Origin: Bacteroidales bacterium
Lineage (GTDB): Bacteria; Bacteroidota; Bacteroidia; Bacteroidales; JAHJDW01
Direction: 5' to 3'
Length of the DNA: 64,000 bases
Assembly (NCBI GenBank): GCA_041671145.1
Contig: JBAZBZ010000005.1
Coordinates: 18,234 to 82,233 of the forward strand
The stretch's first letter is position 1. Each line of letters begins with the position of its first letter. Positions 55,939 through 64,000 of the stretch are shown piece after piece. Made by a program: the position numbers and the translations under genes. The notes under the pieces were generated by a model. The model was not told where the DNA came from, made no database searches, and saw only the letters and a program-made list of their open reading frames with translations.

Positions 55939-56991
55939 ATGCCAAAAGAAAAAACAGATATACTTTCTCTATCTTTAAAAGAGCTTGAAACTTTTTTTAT
56001 TTCCAACAATGAAAAATCATTTCGTGCAAAGCAGGTTTACGAATGGTTATGGAAAAAAGCAGTTCGTTCTTTCGATGAAATGACAAACCTTTCTAAAGAA
56101 ACACGACAACTTCTGAAAGATAACTTTGTACTTACTGCACTTGAAATTTGTTCTGTTCAGAAAAGTACTGACCGCACTGTTAAAATTGCATTCCGTTTAA
56201 ATGACAAATTAATAATTGAAGGAGTTTTAATTCCAGACAGGGACAGAGTTACAGCTTGCATTTCTTCACAAGTTGGTTGCAATCTCAATTGTAAATTTTG
56301 TGCAACCGCAAAACTCGGATTACAGCGAAATTTAAGTACAGCAGAAATTTTCGACCAGGTTGTATTATTGAGAAATTATTCGCTCCAACATTTTAAACAA
56401 AATTTATCGAACATTGTATTTATGGGCATGGGCGAGCCATTACTGAATTATGAAAATGTGAGCCATGCAATTAATTTAATTACTTCGGAAGATGGCTTGA
56501 ATATTTCTTATCAGCGAATAACAATTTCAACAGTGGGGTTGCCAAAAATGGTTCGAAAACTCGGTGATGATAAAGTGAAGGTTAATCTTGCCGTTTCTCT
56601 ACATTCTGCAAATGATAAAAAAAGAAATGAAATTATTCCGGTTAATATTCGCAATCCTCTGAAAGAACTTGCTTTTGCTTTAAAATATTATTATTCAAAA
56701 ACAGAAAACAGAATTACAATTGAATACATTTTACTTAAAGATTTTAATGACTCGCTTGTTGACGCCAAAGAACTGGCAACATTTTGCAAAAGTTTTCCAT
56801 GTAAAATAAATATTATTGAATTTAATAATGTTAAGAACACTGAATATTTTCCGACTACAAAAGAGAAAACAACTGATTTTGTTGATTTCTTAGAGAGTAA
56901 AAATATGATTGTAAATGTTCGCAGAAGCAGAGGAAAAGATATTGACGCTGCCTGCGGACAATTGGCAGGGAAATTAATTAATAATGAATAA
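55939..56991 (+). CDS. rlmN: 23S rRNA/tRNA (adenine-C2)-methyltransferase, radical SAM
   Basis: FRAKQVYEWLW, CISSQVGCNLNCKFCAT and DIDAACGQL. Confidence 0.95.
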   Translation: MPKEKTDILSLSLKELETFFISNNEKSFRAKQVYEWLWKKAVRSFDEMTNLSKETRQLLKDNFVLTALEICSVQKSTDRTVKIAFRLNDKLIIEGVLIPDRDRVTACISSQVGCNLNCKFCATAKLGLQRNLSTAEIFDQVVLLRNYSLQHFKQNLSNIVFMGMGEPLLNYENVSHAINLITSEDGLNISYQRITISTVGLPKMVRKLGDDKVKVNLAVSLHSANDKKRNEIIPVNIRNPLKELAFALKYYYSKTENRITIEYILLKDFNDSLVDAKELATFCKSFPCKINIIEFNNVKNTEYFPTTKEKTTDFVDFLESKNMIVNVRRSRGKDIDAACGQLAGKLINNE

Positions 56992-56993
56992 TT

Positions 56994-57587
56994 ATGACTA
57001 AACTTGTTTTTGCAACAAACAACAAACATAAACTCGAAGAAATAAAACAAATTCTGAAAGATAAATTTGAAATTTTATCACTGAATGATATTGGCTGTTT
57101 TGAAGAAATTCCTGAAGACAAAGAAACCGTAAGTGAAAATGCCTCACAAAAGGCATTGTATATTTTTAATAAATATAAAATAAATTGTTTCGCCGATGAT
57201 ACAGGTTTAGAAATAGAAGCACTGAACGGAAAGCCCGGTGTTCATTCAGCCCGCTACGCTGGCGAAAGTAAAAATTTCGATGAAAATATAAATAAAGTTT
57301 TGCTTGAAATGCATGAATTGAAAAACAGAAAAGCAATATTTTTAACAGTTATTTCCTTAATTATTGACGGAAAAGAAATGCAGTTTGAAGGAATTGTAAC
57401 CGGCATCATACTTGAGAAGCGATGCGGTACAGGCGGCTTCGGCTACGATCCGATTTTTCAACCCGCCGGTTTTTCAAAAACTTTTGCTGAAATGACAATG
57501 CAGGAGAAAAATAAAATAAGCCACAGAGGGATTGCTACGAAAAAACTTATTAAGTACCTTAACGAATCTTATCTCAACCAAGTTTAA
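56994..57587 (+). CDS. rdgB: non-canonical purine NTP pyrophosphatase
   Basis: LVFATNNKHKLEEI, DDTGLEI and GFGYDPIF. Confidence 0.9.
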   Translation: MTKLVFATNNKHKLEEIKQILKDKFEILSLNDIGCFEEIPEDKETVSENASQKALYIFNKYKINCFADDTGLEIEALNGKPGVHSARYAGESKNFDENINKVLLEMHELKNRKAIFLTVISLIIDGKEMQFEGIVTGIILEKRCGTGGFGYDPIFQPAGFSKTFAEMTMQEKNKISHRGIATKKLIKYLNESYLNQV

Positions 57588-57588
57588 T

Positions 57589-58251
57589 ATGTTATTAAAA
57601 GGAACAATTAAATTTTTAAAAGAGCTAAAGGAAAACAATAATCAGGAATGGTTTCATAGAAACAAATTACGATATGATTCCCTGAAGAAAGAATTTGAAT
57701 TATTTTTAAATAAGTTAATTTCTGAAATTTCCAAATTTGATGGAAGAACAAAATATGTTATTCCAAAAGATTGTATTTTCAGGATATATCGTGATATAAG
57801 ATTTTCGAAAGATAAAACTCCATACAAGACAAACTTCGGGGCGTACATTTCAAATGGTGGAAGAAGAAGCCGTTATGCTGGTTATTATTTTCATATTGAA
57901 CCATCATCATCAATGCTTGCAGGAGGTATCTACATTCCCGATGCTGAAGTTTTAAAATGCGTTCGCGATGAGATTTTCTACAATGTAAATGAGTTTAAAA
58001 AAATTATTAACTCTCCTAAATTTAAAAATTATTTCAATGAAATAGACGGAGATAAACTTAAAAATATACCGAAGGATTTTCCGAAGGACTTTGCAGAAGC
58101 TGAATTTCTTAAGTTCAAAAGTTATAACATGGTTTATTTTTTGAAAAATGAAAAAATTCCATCCGATGATTTATTGGAATTATCAGTCGGAATTTTCAAG
58201 GGGATGTATCCTTTCAATGAGTTTATCAATAAGGCAATTGATATAATGTAG
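57589..58251 (+). CDS. DUF2461 (TIGR02453) family protein
   Basis: FLKELKENNNQEWFHRNKLRYD and RIYRDIRFSKDKTPYKT; start trimmed to the ATG 2 nt after the rdgB stop. Confidence 0.7.
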   Translation: MLLKGTIKFLKELKENNNQEWFHRNKLRYDSLKKEFELFLNKLISEISKFDGRTKYVIPKDCIFRIYRDIRFSKDKTPYKTNFGAYISNGGRRSRYAGYYFHIEPSSSMLAGGIYIPDAEVLKCVRDEIFYNVNEFKKIINSPKFKNYFNEIDGDKLKNIPKDFPKDFAEAEFLKFKSYNMVYFLKNEKIPSDDLLELSVGIFKGMYPFNEFINKAIDIM

Positions 58252-58322
58252 TGTTTGTGCAAGTAACAATTAATAAACAAAATTTTAGGAGTAAATTTTG
58301 TGTTTTTTGAGAAATTATTTTT

Positions 58323-58844
58323 CTAAAACATTTGCCTTACTTCATTTTTCAAATATTCAATTGCAGCAATGGTCGGCATTTTTTCAGTGCGATATTCCAT
58401 TTCGAGTAAAACGCTGCATAAATCCTTGCCCTCGGCAGCATCAGGAAGTTTGCTTGCAGCAACATTTATCATTTTAATAATTTCCTCTTTTGAATTTTTA
58501 ACCATTTCCCATGCTTCATCGGAAATATAAACCTGCTGAGAAAGGTTATGGTCAAATTCGCTGCGAACATTATTCATCAAATCCATTTGTAATTGTTGTG
58601 CAGTTGTTTTACTTTTTGCCACTCTTATTACAAGATTGCTGGGAGATATTCTTTCAAGCAGCAATGCCAATCTTTCATAAGCCTGCAAACGAATAGGAGT
58701 AACAATTTTTTGTCCTCCAACGCGAACATCAACAAGTTTTCTTTTATGTTCAACGTCAAGAAAATCTCTTACTAAAAGATAAGTTGTTGCAAGCACTACC
58801 AATGAAGGTAAAATGTACTTTGCTATTTCCAATAATTCATTCAT
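58323..58844 (-). CDS. hypothetical protein, translationally coupled to lnt
   Basis: ATGA overlap with the lnt stop; one N-terminal TM helix; no motif recognised. Confidence 0.5.
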   Translation of the reverse strand: MNELLEIAKYILPSLVVLATTYLLVRDFLDVEHKRKLVDVRVGGQKIVTPIRLQAYERLALLLERISPSNLVIRVAKSKTTAQQLQMDLMNNVRSEFDHNLSQQVYISDEAWEMVKNSKEEIIKMINVAASKLPDAAEGKDLCSVLLEMEYRTEKMPTIAAIEYLKNEVRQMF

Positions 58845-60457
58845 TGTAAAAAAGATTTGAAAGGTTTAATTTTTGTTAAAATTAATAATAATAAAATAAA
58901 ACAGGAAATAATTGCCGAAAACTTTGCAATATAATCGCCATGTTTTACATAAAAAGTAATTTCGTTATTTGCTGAAACATTTTGTTTAATAACCGCCGGT
59001 GTCCACCATTTTGTGGGTTGCTGAACATCTCCTCTTTGATTTATAAAGCATGAAATTCCTGTATTCGCAGCTCTTGCAATACTTTTTCTGCATTCAATAG
59101 TTCTCAATCTTGAGTATGCACAATGTTGCCTGTAGCCCGGAGTATCTTTCCACCAGCCGTCATTTGTTATTATAAAAATAAGATTTGCTCCATTTGCAAT
59201 ATATTTTGAAATAAAATTACCATAAATAGACTCATAGCAAACCACAGGAGCTATTCTGAAATTACTATCTATAGTTTTAAAAACCGTTCTTTCCTGCTGT
59301 GTTCCCAAACTTCCTGTTGTACCCCCAAGATTTATTGCAAATTTTTCAAACGGTTTGAATATTTCCGGAAACGGAATTCTTTCAACTCCTATTACAAGTT
59401 TTGACTTGTGATATAAAAATATATTCGTTTTATTATCAATAAACATTGCAGTATTGTAAGCATCATAATATTCTTTTTCATTCATTTTTCTCGCAGTATT
59501 GGGCAATTTTTCATCTTTTCTAAAAAGTTTATATGATGATAAACCTATAAGTGTGTTTAATTTAGGATATTGTTTTAAAAATGCTTTTAATGTAATTAAA
59601 CTTTCGGAATTATCAAGTTCATTCTCCCAAATTCCATCTGCTATGGCTGTTTCGGGAGCAACAAAAAAATCGGTATTTAAATCAACTTTTGTTTTTGCAA
59701 GTGAAAGAAGTTTTTCTAATTGTTTCTCATAAGCCATTCCTCCGAACTTTTCATTATACGGGTCAATATTCGGCTGAACAACTACTACGCTTGCAATCTT
59801 TCCTTTTTCCTGATAATTATTATAAATAATATTTGAAACAGTAATGGGTGCAATAACCACAATGGCAGCGAGCAAAAATCTCACAGAAATTTCTTTAATT
59901 TTCTTTTTATCAATAATTATTTTTTTAAGAATAATAAAAAACAAAACATTTGTGAGCACAACCCACAATGAACCGCCAAAAACTCCCGAATACTCATACC
60001 ATTGAACAAGATTTACGTTTGATGCAAAGCCATCACCAAGTGTCAGCCATGGCCACGAAAGCTCCCATTCGGTATGTAAATATTCAAACCCAACCCAGTA
60101 GAAAACAAATGCCATATATCCCTGTGTACTTCCAAGTAGCTTTTTTGTAATATGAAAAATTGTAAATACAATTGCCATAAAAAGTGAATTGAAAATAAAT
60201 GCCAGAACAGCTCCCGCGAAAGAGGCATAACAAATCCACCATGTTGTAAGTAAATTCCAGATAAAAAAAGTCAGGTACGAATAGCTAAATACATTCCACC
60301 AATTATATTTTTCTTTATTTTCGGAAATAAAATGTTCAACAAATAAAAGAGGAACAAATGAAATGAAAAGCAAAGGTGCTAATCCATTCACAGGCCAGGC
60401 AAGCCAAAATAATATTCCGCTAAAAACAGAAAGTAAAATAAAATATTTTTTTTTCAT
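58841..60457 (-). CDS. lnt: apolipoprotein N-acyltransferase
   Basis: Polytopic N-terminus, then a CN-hydrolase domain: VVVQPNIDPY, PETA (Glu) and APVVCYESIY (Cys). Confidence 0.9.
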   Translation of the reverse strand: MKKKYFILLSVFSGILFWLAWPVNGLAPLLFISFVPLLFVEHFISENKEKYNWWNVFSYSYLTFFIWNLLTTWWICYASFAGAVLAFIFNSLFMAIVFTIFHITKKLLGSTQGYMAFVFYWVGFEYLHTEWELSWPWLTLGDGFASNVNLVQWYEYSGVFGGSLWVVLTNVLFFIILKKIIIDKKKIKEISVRFLLAAIVVIAPITVSNIIYNNYQEKGKIASVVVVQPNIDPYNEKFGGMAYEKQLEKLLSLAKTKVDLNTDFFVAPETAIADGIWENELDNSESLITLKAFLKQYPKLNTLIGLSSYKLFRKDEKLPNTARKMNEKEYYDAYNTAMFIDNKTNIFLYHKSKLVIGVERIPFPEIFKPFEKFAINLGGTTGSLGTQQERTVFKTIDSNFRIAPVVCYESIYGNFISKYIANGANLIFIITNDGWWKDTPGYRQHCAYSRLRTIECRKSIARAANTGISCFINQRGDVQQPTKWWTPAVIKQNVSANNEITFYVKHGDYIAKFSAIISCFILLLLILTKIKPFKSFLQ

Positions 60458-60635
60458 TTTTTTATTTATGCATTACAAACTGGTTATCTTTTAACCATAG
60501 AGTCGTAAATATTAAATATTACATTATCATTTTTTTCTTTACATTTCTTGGTTCTACCACAAATTTAGTGGGAAAATTTAGATTTGCAAAAAAAGAAAAA
60601 ATGTTTTCAGATTTCATTGTCTTTAATAAATTTAT

Positions 60636-60643
60636 TATATTTG
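60636..60643 (+). promoter_or_regulatory. -7 box TATATTTG upstream of trxA
   Basis: Exact TAnnTTTG match, 68 nt before the ATG; GGAGG at 60701-60705. Confidence 0.35.
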
Positions 60644-60710
60644 GAAAAGTTTGCACAACTCTAAACTGAAAACATATAACTATTAATAACATAATCCAAC
60701 GGAGGTAAAA

Positions 60711-61028
60711 ATGTCAGTAGAAATAACCGATTTAAATTTTGATGAAATCGTAACAAAAGCCAATAAGCCTGTAGTTATTGATTTCTGGGCTGAATGGTGC
60801 GGTCCTTGCAGAATGATAGGTCCGATTTTAAATGAACTTGCGGATGAATACGAAGGCAAAGCAATTGTAGGAAAAGTTAATGTTGACAATAATCCCGAAC
60901 TTTCCCAAAAATTCGGTATCAGAAACATTCCAACAATTTTGTTTATCAAAAACGGAAATGTTATTGACAAGCAGGTAGGAGCAGCTTCAAAGTCAGCATT
61001 AAAAGCTAAAATTGACACATTGCTATAG
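60711..61028 (+). CDS. trxA: thioredoxin
   Basis: WAEWCGPCR active site. Confidence 0.95.
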   Translation: MSVEITDLNFDEIVTKANKPVVIDFWAEWCGPCRMIGPILNELADEYEGKAIVGKVNVDNNPELSQKFGIRNIPTILFIKNGNVIDKQVGAASKSALKAKIDTLL

Positions 61029-61073
61029 CAAATTGTGAAGTAGTGAAATTGTGAAGTTAAAAATTTCTGCGAA

Positions 61074-61138
61074 CCTTTGCGTCTCTGCGTCTTTGCGAGA
61101 AATATTTTTTGTCTCGCAAAGACGCAGAGACGCAAAGG
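61074..61138. repeat. Perfect 27-bp-stem hairpin of the CGCAAAG/ACGCAGAG family
   Basis: cctttgcgtctctgcgtctttgcgaga (61074-61100) is the exact reverse complement of tctcgcaaagacgcagagacgcaaagg (61112-61138); 11-nt loop aatattttttg. Confidence 0.95.
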
Positions 61139-61166
61139 AAAAAATTGATATTAAAAATAATATATT

Positions 61167-62102
61167 TTGGAAAGCAATTATATTCTAAAGCAGGTTCAGA
61201 AGTTCGGAAACCTTGAATTAGTTGCCCATCAGGTTGTGGAAGGATTTATTACCGGTTTGCATAAAAGTCCGTTTCACGGATTTTCGGTTGAATTTGCCGA
61301 GCACAGAATTTATAATCCGGGTGAATCAACAAAATATATCGACTGGAAATTATTTGCCCGCAGCGATAAGCTTTTCGTAAAACGATTTGAGGAAGAAACC
61401 AATTTGCGCTGTCAGCTTGTAATTGACAATTCCACTTCGATGTATTACCCCGAAATTGAAAAACCTTCAATTGAAGTGCTGAATAAAATTTCCTTTTCGG
61501 TTTATTGTGCGGCAGTTCTGATTCACTTACTCAAAAAACAACGCGATGCCTTTGGATTAAGTTTGTTTTCTAGTGAACTTGAACTACACACACCCGCAAA
61601 ATCAAGTTCCGTACATCAGAAAATTTTATTTGCCGAACTTGAAAAAATTCTCAATAATATTGCAAATAAAAATCAAAAGAAAACTTCTGCAGCATCGGTA
61701 CTACATCAAATTGCCGACAGCATTCATAAACGTTCGCTTGTTGTTATTTTCAGCGATATGCTCGATAACTCGGAAAAAAGCGATGAGCTTTTTAATGCCC
61801 TGCAACATTTAAAACATAATAAGCACGAAGTAATTTTATTTCATATAACGGATAAAAAAAGAGAAATAGATTTTAATTTTGAAAACCGCCCATATAAATT
61901 CATTGACATGGAAACCGGCGATGAAGTGAAAACATATCCTTCGGAAATCAAGGAAACATACATAAAATCCATAACCGATTATAAAAATCTTATTAAACTA
62001 AAATGCAATCAATATAAAATTGATTTTGTGGAAATAGATATTAACAAGGGTTTTCGCGATGTTTTGATTACTTACTTGCTGAAAAGAGAAAGGATGAAAT
62101 GA
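61167..62102 (+). CDS. DUF58 domain protein (MoxR/Bat-associated family)
   Basis: HKSPFHGFSVEFAEHRIYNPGESTKYIDWKLFARSDKLFVKRFEEE; vWA-like VIFSDML; TTG start. Confidence 0.8.
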   Translation: MESNYILKQVQKFGNLELVAHQVVEGFITGLHKSPFHGFSVEFAEHRIYNPGESTKYIDWKLFARSDKLFVKRFEEETNLRCQLVIDNSTSMYYPEIEKPSIEVLNKISFSVYCAAVLIHLLKKQRDAFGLSLFSSELELHTPAKSSSVHQKILFAELEKILNNIANKNQKKTSAASVLHQIADSIHKRSLVVIFSDMLDNSEKSDELFNALQHLKHNKHEVILFHITDKKREIDFNFENRPYKFIDMETGDEVKTYPSEIKETYIKSITDYKNLIKLKCNQYKIDFVEIDINKGFRDVLITYLLKRERMK

Positions 62103-62124
62103 TTTATTTCATTTAAAATTAAAA

Positions 62125-62877
62125 ATGGAAAAAAAGCTACATTCTCATTTAGATATTTGGAAAGGAAAATATATACTCCGTTATGTTTATACAAAATGGT
62201 ATAAACAAATAATTTCGGATTTAAAGAAAGAAGGAAAAACAATTGAGTTAGGCGCAGGAAGCGGTAATTTCAAAGAATTCAAGCCCGATGTAATTTCAAC
62301 AGATATCGAAAACCTTCCATGGCTTGATATGGCATTTGATGCTCATAAAATGCCTTTTAAAGATGAAGAAATAAAAAATATTGTAATGATTGATGTTTTA
62401 CATCATTTGTCAAATCCGATTTTATTTTTTGATGAATCTTACAGAGTTCTTGAAAAAGGCGGTAGAATATTAATAATTGAGCCATATATTTCATTTTTTT
62501 CAAATATTGTTTTTAAAATTTTTCATCCTGAGCCGGTTATTAAAAACATTGATTATTTTACAAAAGAATCTGTTGAAAATAAAAATCCATGGGATTCAAA
62601 TCAGGCAATAGCAATTCAAATATTTTATAAGGATATTGATAAATTCAAAGAAAGATTTAAAAATAAATTTAAAATCATAAAAAAAATAAAATCCGATTGT
62701 ATTTTGTACCCGTTATCAGGAGGATTTGAAAAAAAACAATTAATTCCCGATTTTCTTATTCCATTATTCAATATATTTGAAGTCATTTTAAAACCTTTTT
62801 GCTTCTTATTTGCATTCAGATGTTACATAGTTATTGAAAAAAATGATTGTAAAAAGGACAATACAATGGATAGTTAA
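62125..62877 (+). CDS. class I SAM-dependent methyltransferase
   Basis: Motif I IELGAGSGNF; DVLHHLSNP; VLEKGGRILIIEP. Confidence 0.75.
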   Translation: MEKKLHSHLDIWKGKYILRYVYTKWYKQIISDLKKEGKTIELGAGSGNFKEFKPDVISTDIENLPWLDMAFDAHKMPFKDEEIKNIVMIDVLHHLSNPILFFDESYRVLEKGGRILIIEPYISFFSNIVFKIFHPEPVIKNIDYFTKESVENKNPWDSNQAIAIQIFYKDIDKFKERFKNKFKIIKKIKSDCILYPLSGGFEKKQLIPDFLIPLFNIFEVILKPFCFLFAFRCYIVIEKNDCKKDNTMDS

Positions 62878-62890
62878 ATTTGAACTAACA

Positions 62891-63070
62891 ATTGCCACGA
62901 CCTTCAGGTCGTGGAAAAGAAATAAAATAATAGCTCGGCTTCAGCCAAAATAAATATAAATATGCCTTACACCAAAGCATTGATACATTTTGCTCACAAT
63001 TTTGAAAATATTTTGGCTAAAGCCAATATCAACTTTATTAAATAGTCCACGACCTAAAGGTCGTGGCAAT
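62891..63070. repeat. 180-bp nested palindromic (MITE-like) element
   Basis: Terminal hairpins attg-ccacgacc-ttca-ggtcgtgg (62891-62914) and ccacgacc-taaa-ggtcgtgg-caat (63047-63070); inner pair ggcttcagccaaaata (62937-62952) / tattttggctaaagcc (63009-63024). Confidence 0.85.
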
Positions 63071-63113
63071 TTTATTTACACAAACCATTGTAGAACATAA
63101 AAATTTTATACCC

Positions 63114-64000
63114 GTGCTAAAAAAATATCTACATAAATTATTAAAAAAATATTTGTCTTTTTATATAAATAAATCCGACAGTGTTCTGGAATTAAGTCCA
63201 AATAACGAAAAACTATTTAAAGACAATAAAAATTATTCCGAAAGTTCTGACTTTATTTTACTAAATGGCATTATTCATTACGAAAGCGACATTCAAAAAA
63301 ACTTACAAGAACTATATAATAAAATAACTTCCGATACCCGTGTAATTATTGTTTATTACAGCAGTTTGTGGAAGCCGTTTATTAAATTATCTTCATATTT
63401 AAAACTAAGAAAAAAAACTCCCGAAGAAAACTGGATAAGTCATGAAGATGTTGAAAATTTTTTATTGCTTACTAATTTTGAAATTGTGAGAAGAGACAGT
63501 AAAATAATTCTTCCGATTTATATTCCTTTGCTGAGTGCCTTTTTTAATAGAATATTAGCACCTTTACCTTTGCTCAAATATTTTTCATTAGTAAATATTG
63601 TTATTGCAAGAGCATTAAAAAAAGAAGAAAATTTAAAAACAGTATCTATTGTTGTTCCTGCCCGAAACGAAGAAGGAAATATAGAGGAAATAGTAAAAAG
63701 TTTACCAAAACTTAGCGATGACGATGAACTCATTTTCATAGAAGGAAATTCAACAGATAACACCTGGGAGAAAATAAAGTCAGTTGCGGATAAATATAAA
63801 AACGAAAAAAATATAATTACCGGACATCAGGAAGGTAAAGGGAAAGGTGATGCAGTTAGAAAAGGATTTTTGCTCGCAACAAAAGATATATTTATGATTT
63901 ACGATGCAGACATGACGGTTCCTGCAGAAGATTTAATAAAGTTTTATAATGCCATTAAAACCGGTAAAGGTGAATTTATAAATGGAAGCAGGTTGGTATA
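63114..64000 (+). CDS. methyltransferase-like domain fused to glycosyltransferase family 2; continues past window end
   Basis: Absent from the track (no stop in window). Frame open from 63042; my translation reads (V)LKKYLHKLLKKYLSFYINKSDSVLELSP...VSIVVPARNEEGNIEEIV...IFIEGNSTDNT...MIYDADMTVP. There is no ATG; GTG at 63114 is my preferred start. Confidence 0.7.
   Translation, partial: MLKKYLHKLLKKYLSFYINKSDSVLELSPNNEKLFKDNKNYSESSDFILLNGIIHYESDIQKNLQELYNKITSDTRVIIVYYSSLWKPFIKLSSYLKLRKKTPEENWISHEDVENFLLLTNFEIVRRDSKIILPIYIPLLSAFFNRILAPLPLLKYFSLVNIVIARALKKEENLKTVSIVVPARNEEGNIEEIVKSLPKLSDDDELIFIEGNSTDNTWEKIKSVADKYKNEKNIITGHQEGKGKGDAVRKGFLLATKDIFMIYDADMTVPAEDLIKFYNAIKTGKGEFINGSRLV

Noticed and set aside
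60683-61135. 150-aa minus-strand ORF beginning MRLCVFARQK
   Set aside because: It starts inside the perfect hairpin 61074-61138 and runs antisense through trxA (WCGPC on the + strand). The same MRLCVFA artefact occurs at 3719.

Overview
AT-rich (by eye, not computed) chromosomal segment that looks like Bacteroidota. Support: two cargo proteins with T9SS C-terminal sorting domains, a DUF4271/HemD-like gene pair, many TAnnTTTG -7 promoter boxes just upstream of start codons, and almost no Shine-Dalgarno sites. Most of the window is core housekeeping and envelope biogenesis: dusB, gmk, yicC, parE, ilvC, yceD-rpmF-plsX-fabH, thrC cluster, tatD, an lpxL-like gene, mrdA, glycosyltransferases, rnpA-yidD, an S41 peptidase, an O-antigen-ligase-like gene, rlmN, rdgB, lnt, trxA and one tRNA-Gln(CUG). 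I found no cas genes, CRISPR array, integrase, transposase or recognisable multi-gene defence island. Items worth a second look: (1) a complete prkA/yeaH(DUF444)/spoVR module split by a 1.1 kb insert carrying an MNT-HepT toxin-antitoxin pair, with a second long orphan PrkA paralog 1.5 kb downstream; (2) a PEBP lipoprotein gene and an archaeal-type GGGP synthase gene lying between the two PrkA genes; (3) a roughly 3.8 kb islet next to tRNA-Gln encoding three secreted or unknown proteins, bounded by a decayed tRNA-3'-end-like sequence; (4) a pervasive intergenic architecture in which nearly every spacer carries imperfect period-7/8 tandem words, several shared between spacers and paired into long hairpins, including a perfect 27-bp stem, a 47-nt perfect palindrome and a 180-bp nested palindromic element; (5) two candidate leaderless mRNAs. 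Several N-terminal extensions in the ORF track are artefacts of these repeats or of promoter boxes and have been trimmed. All functional calls rest on motif recognition by eye; no searches were run.
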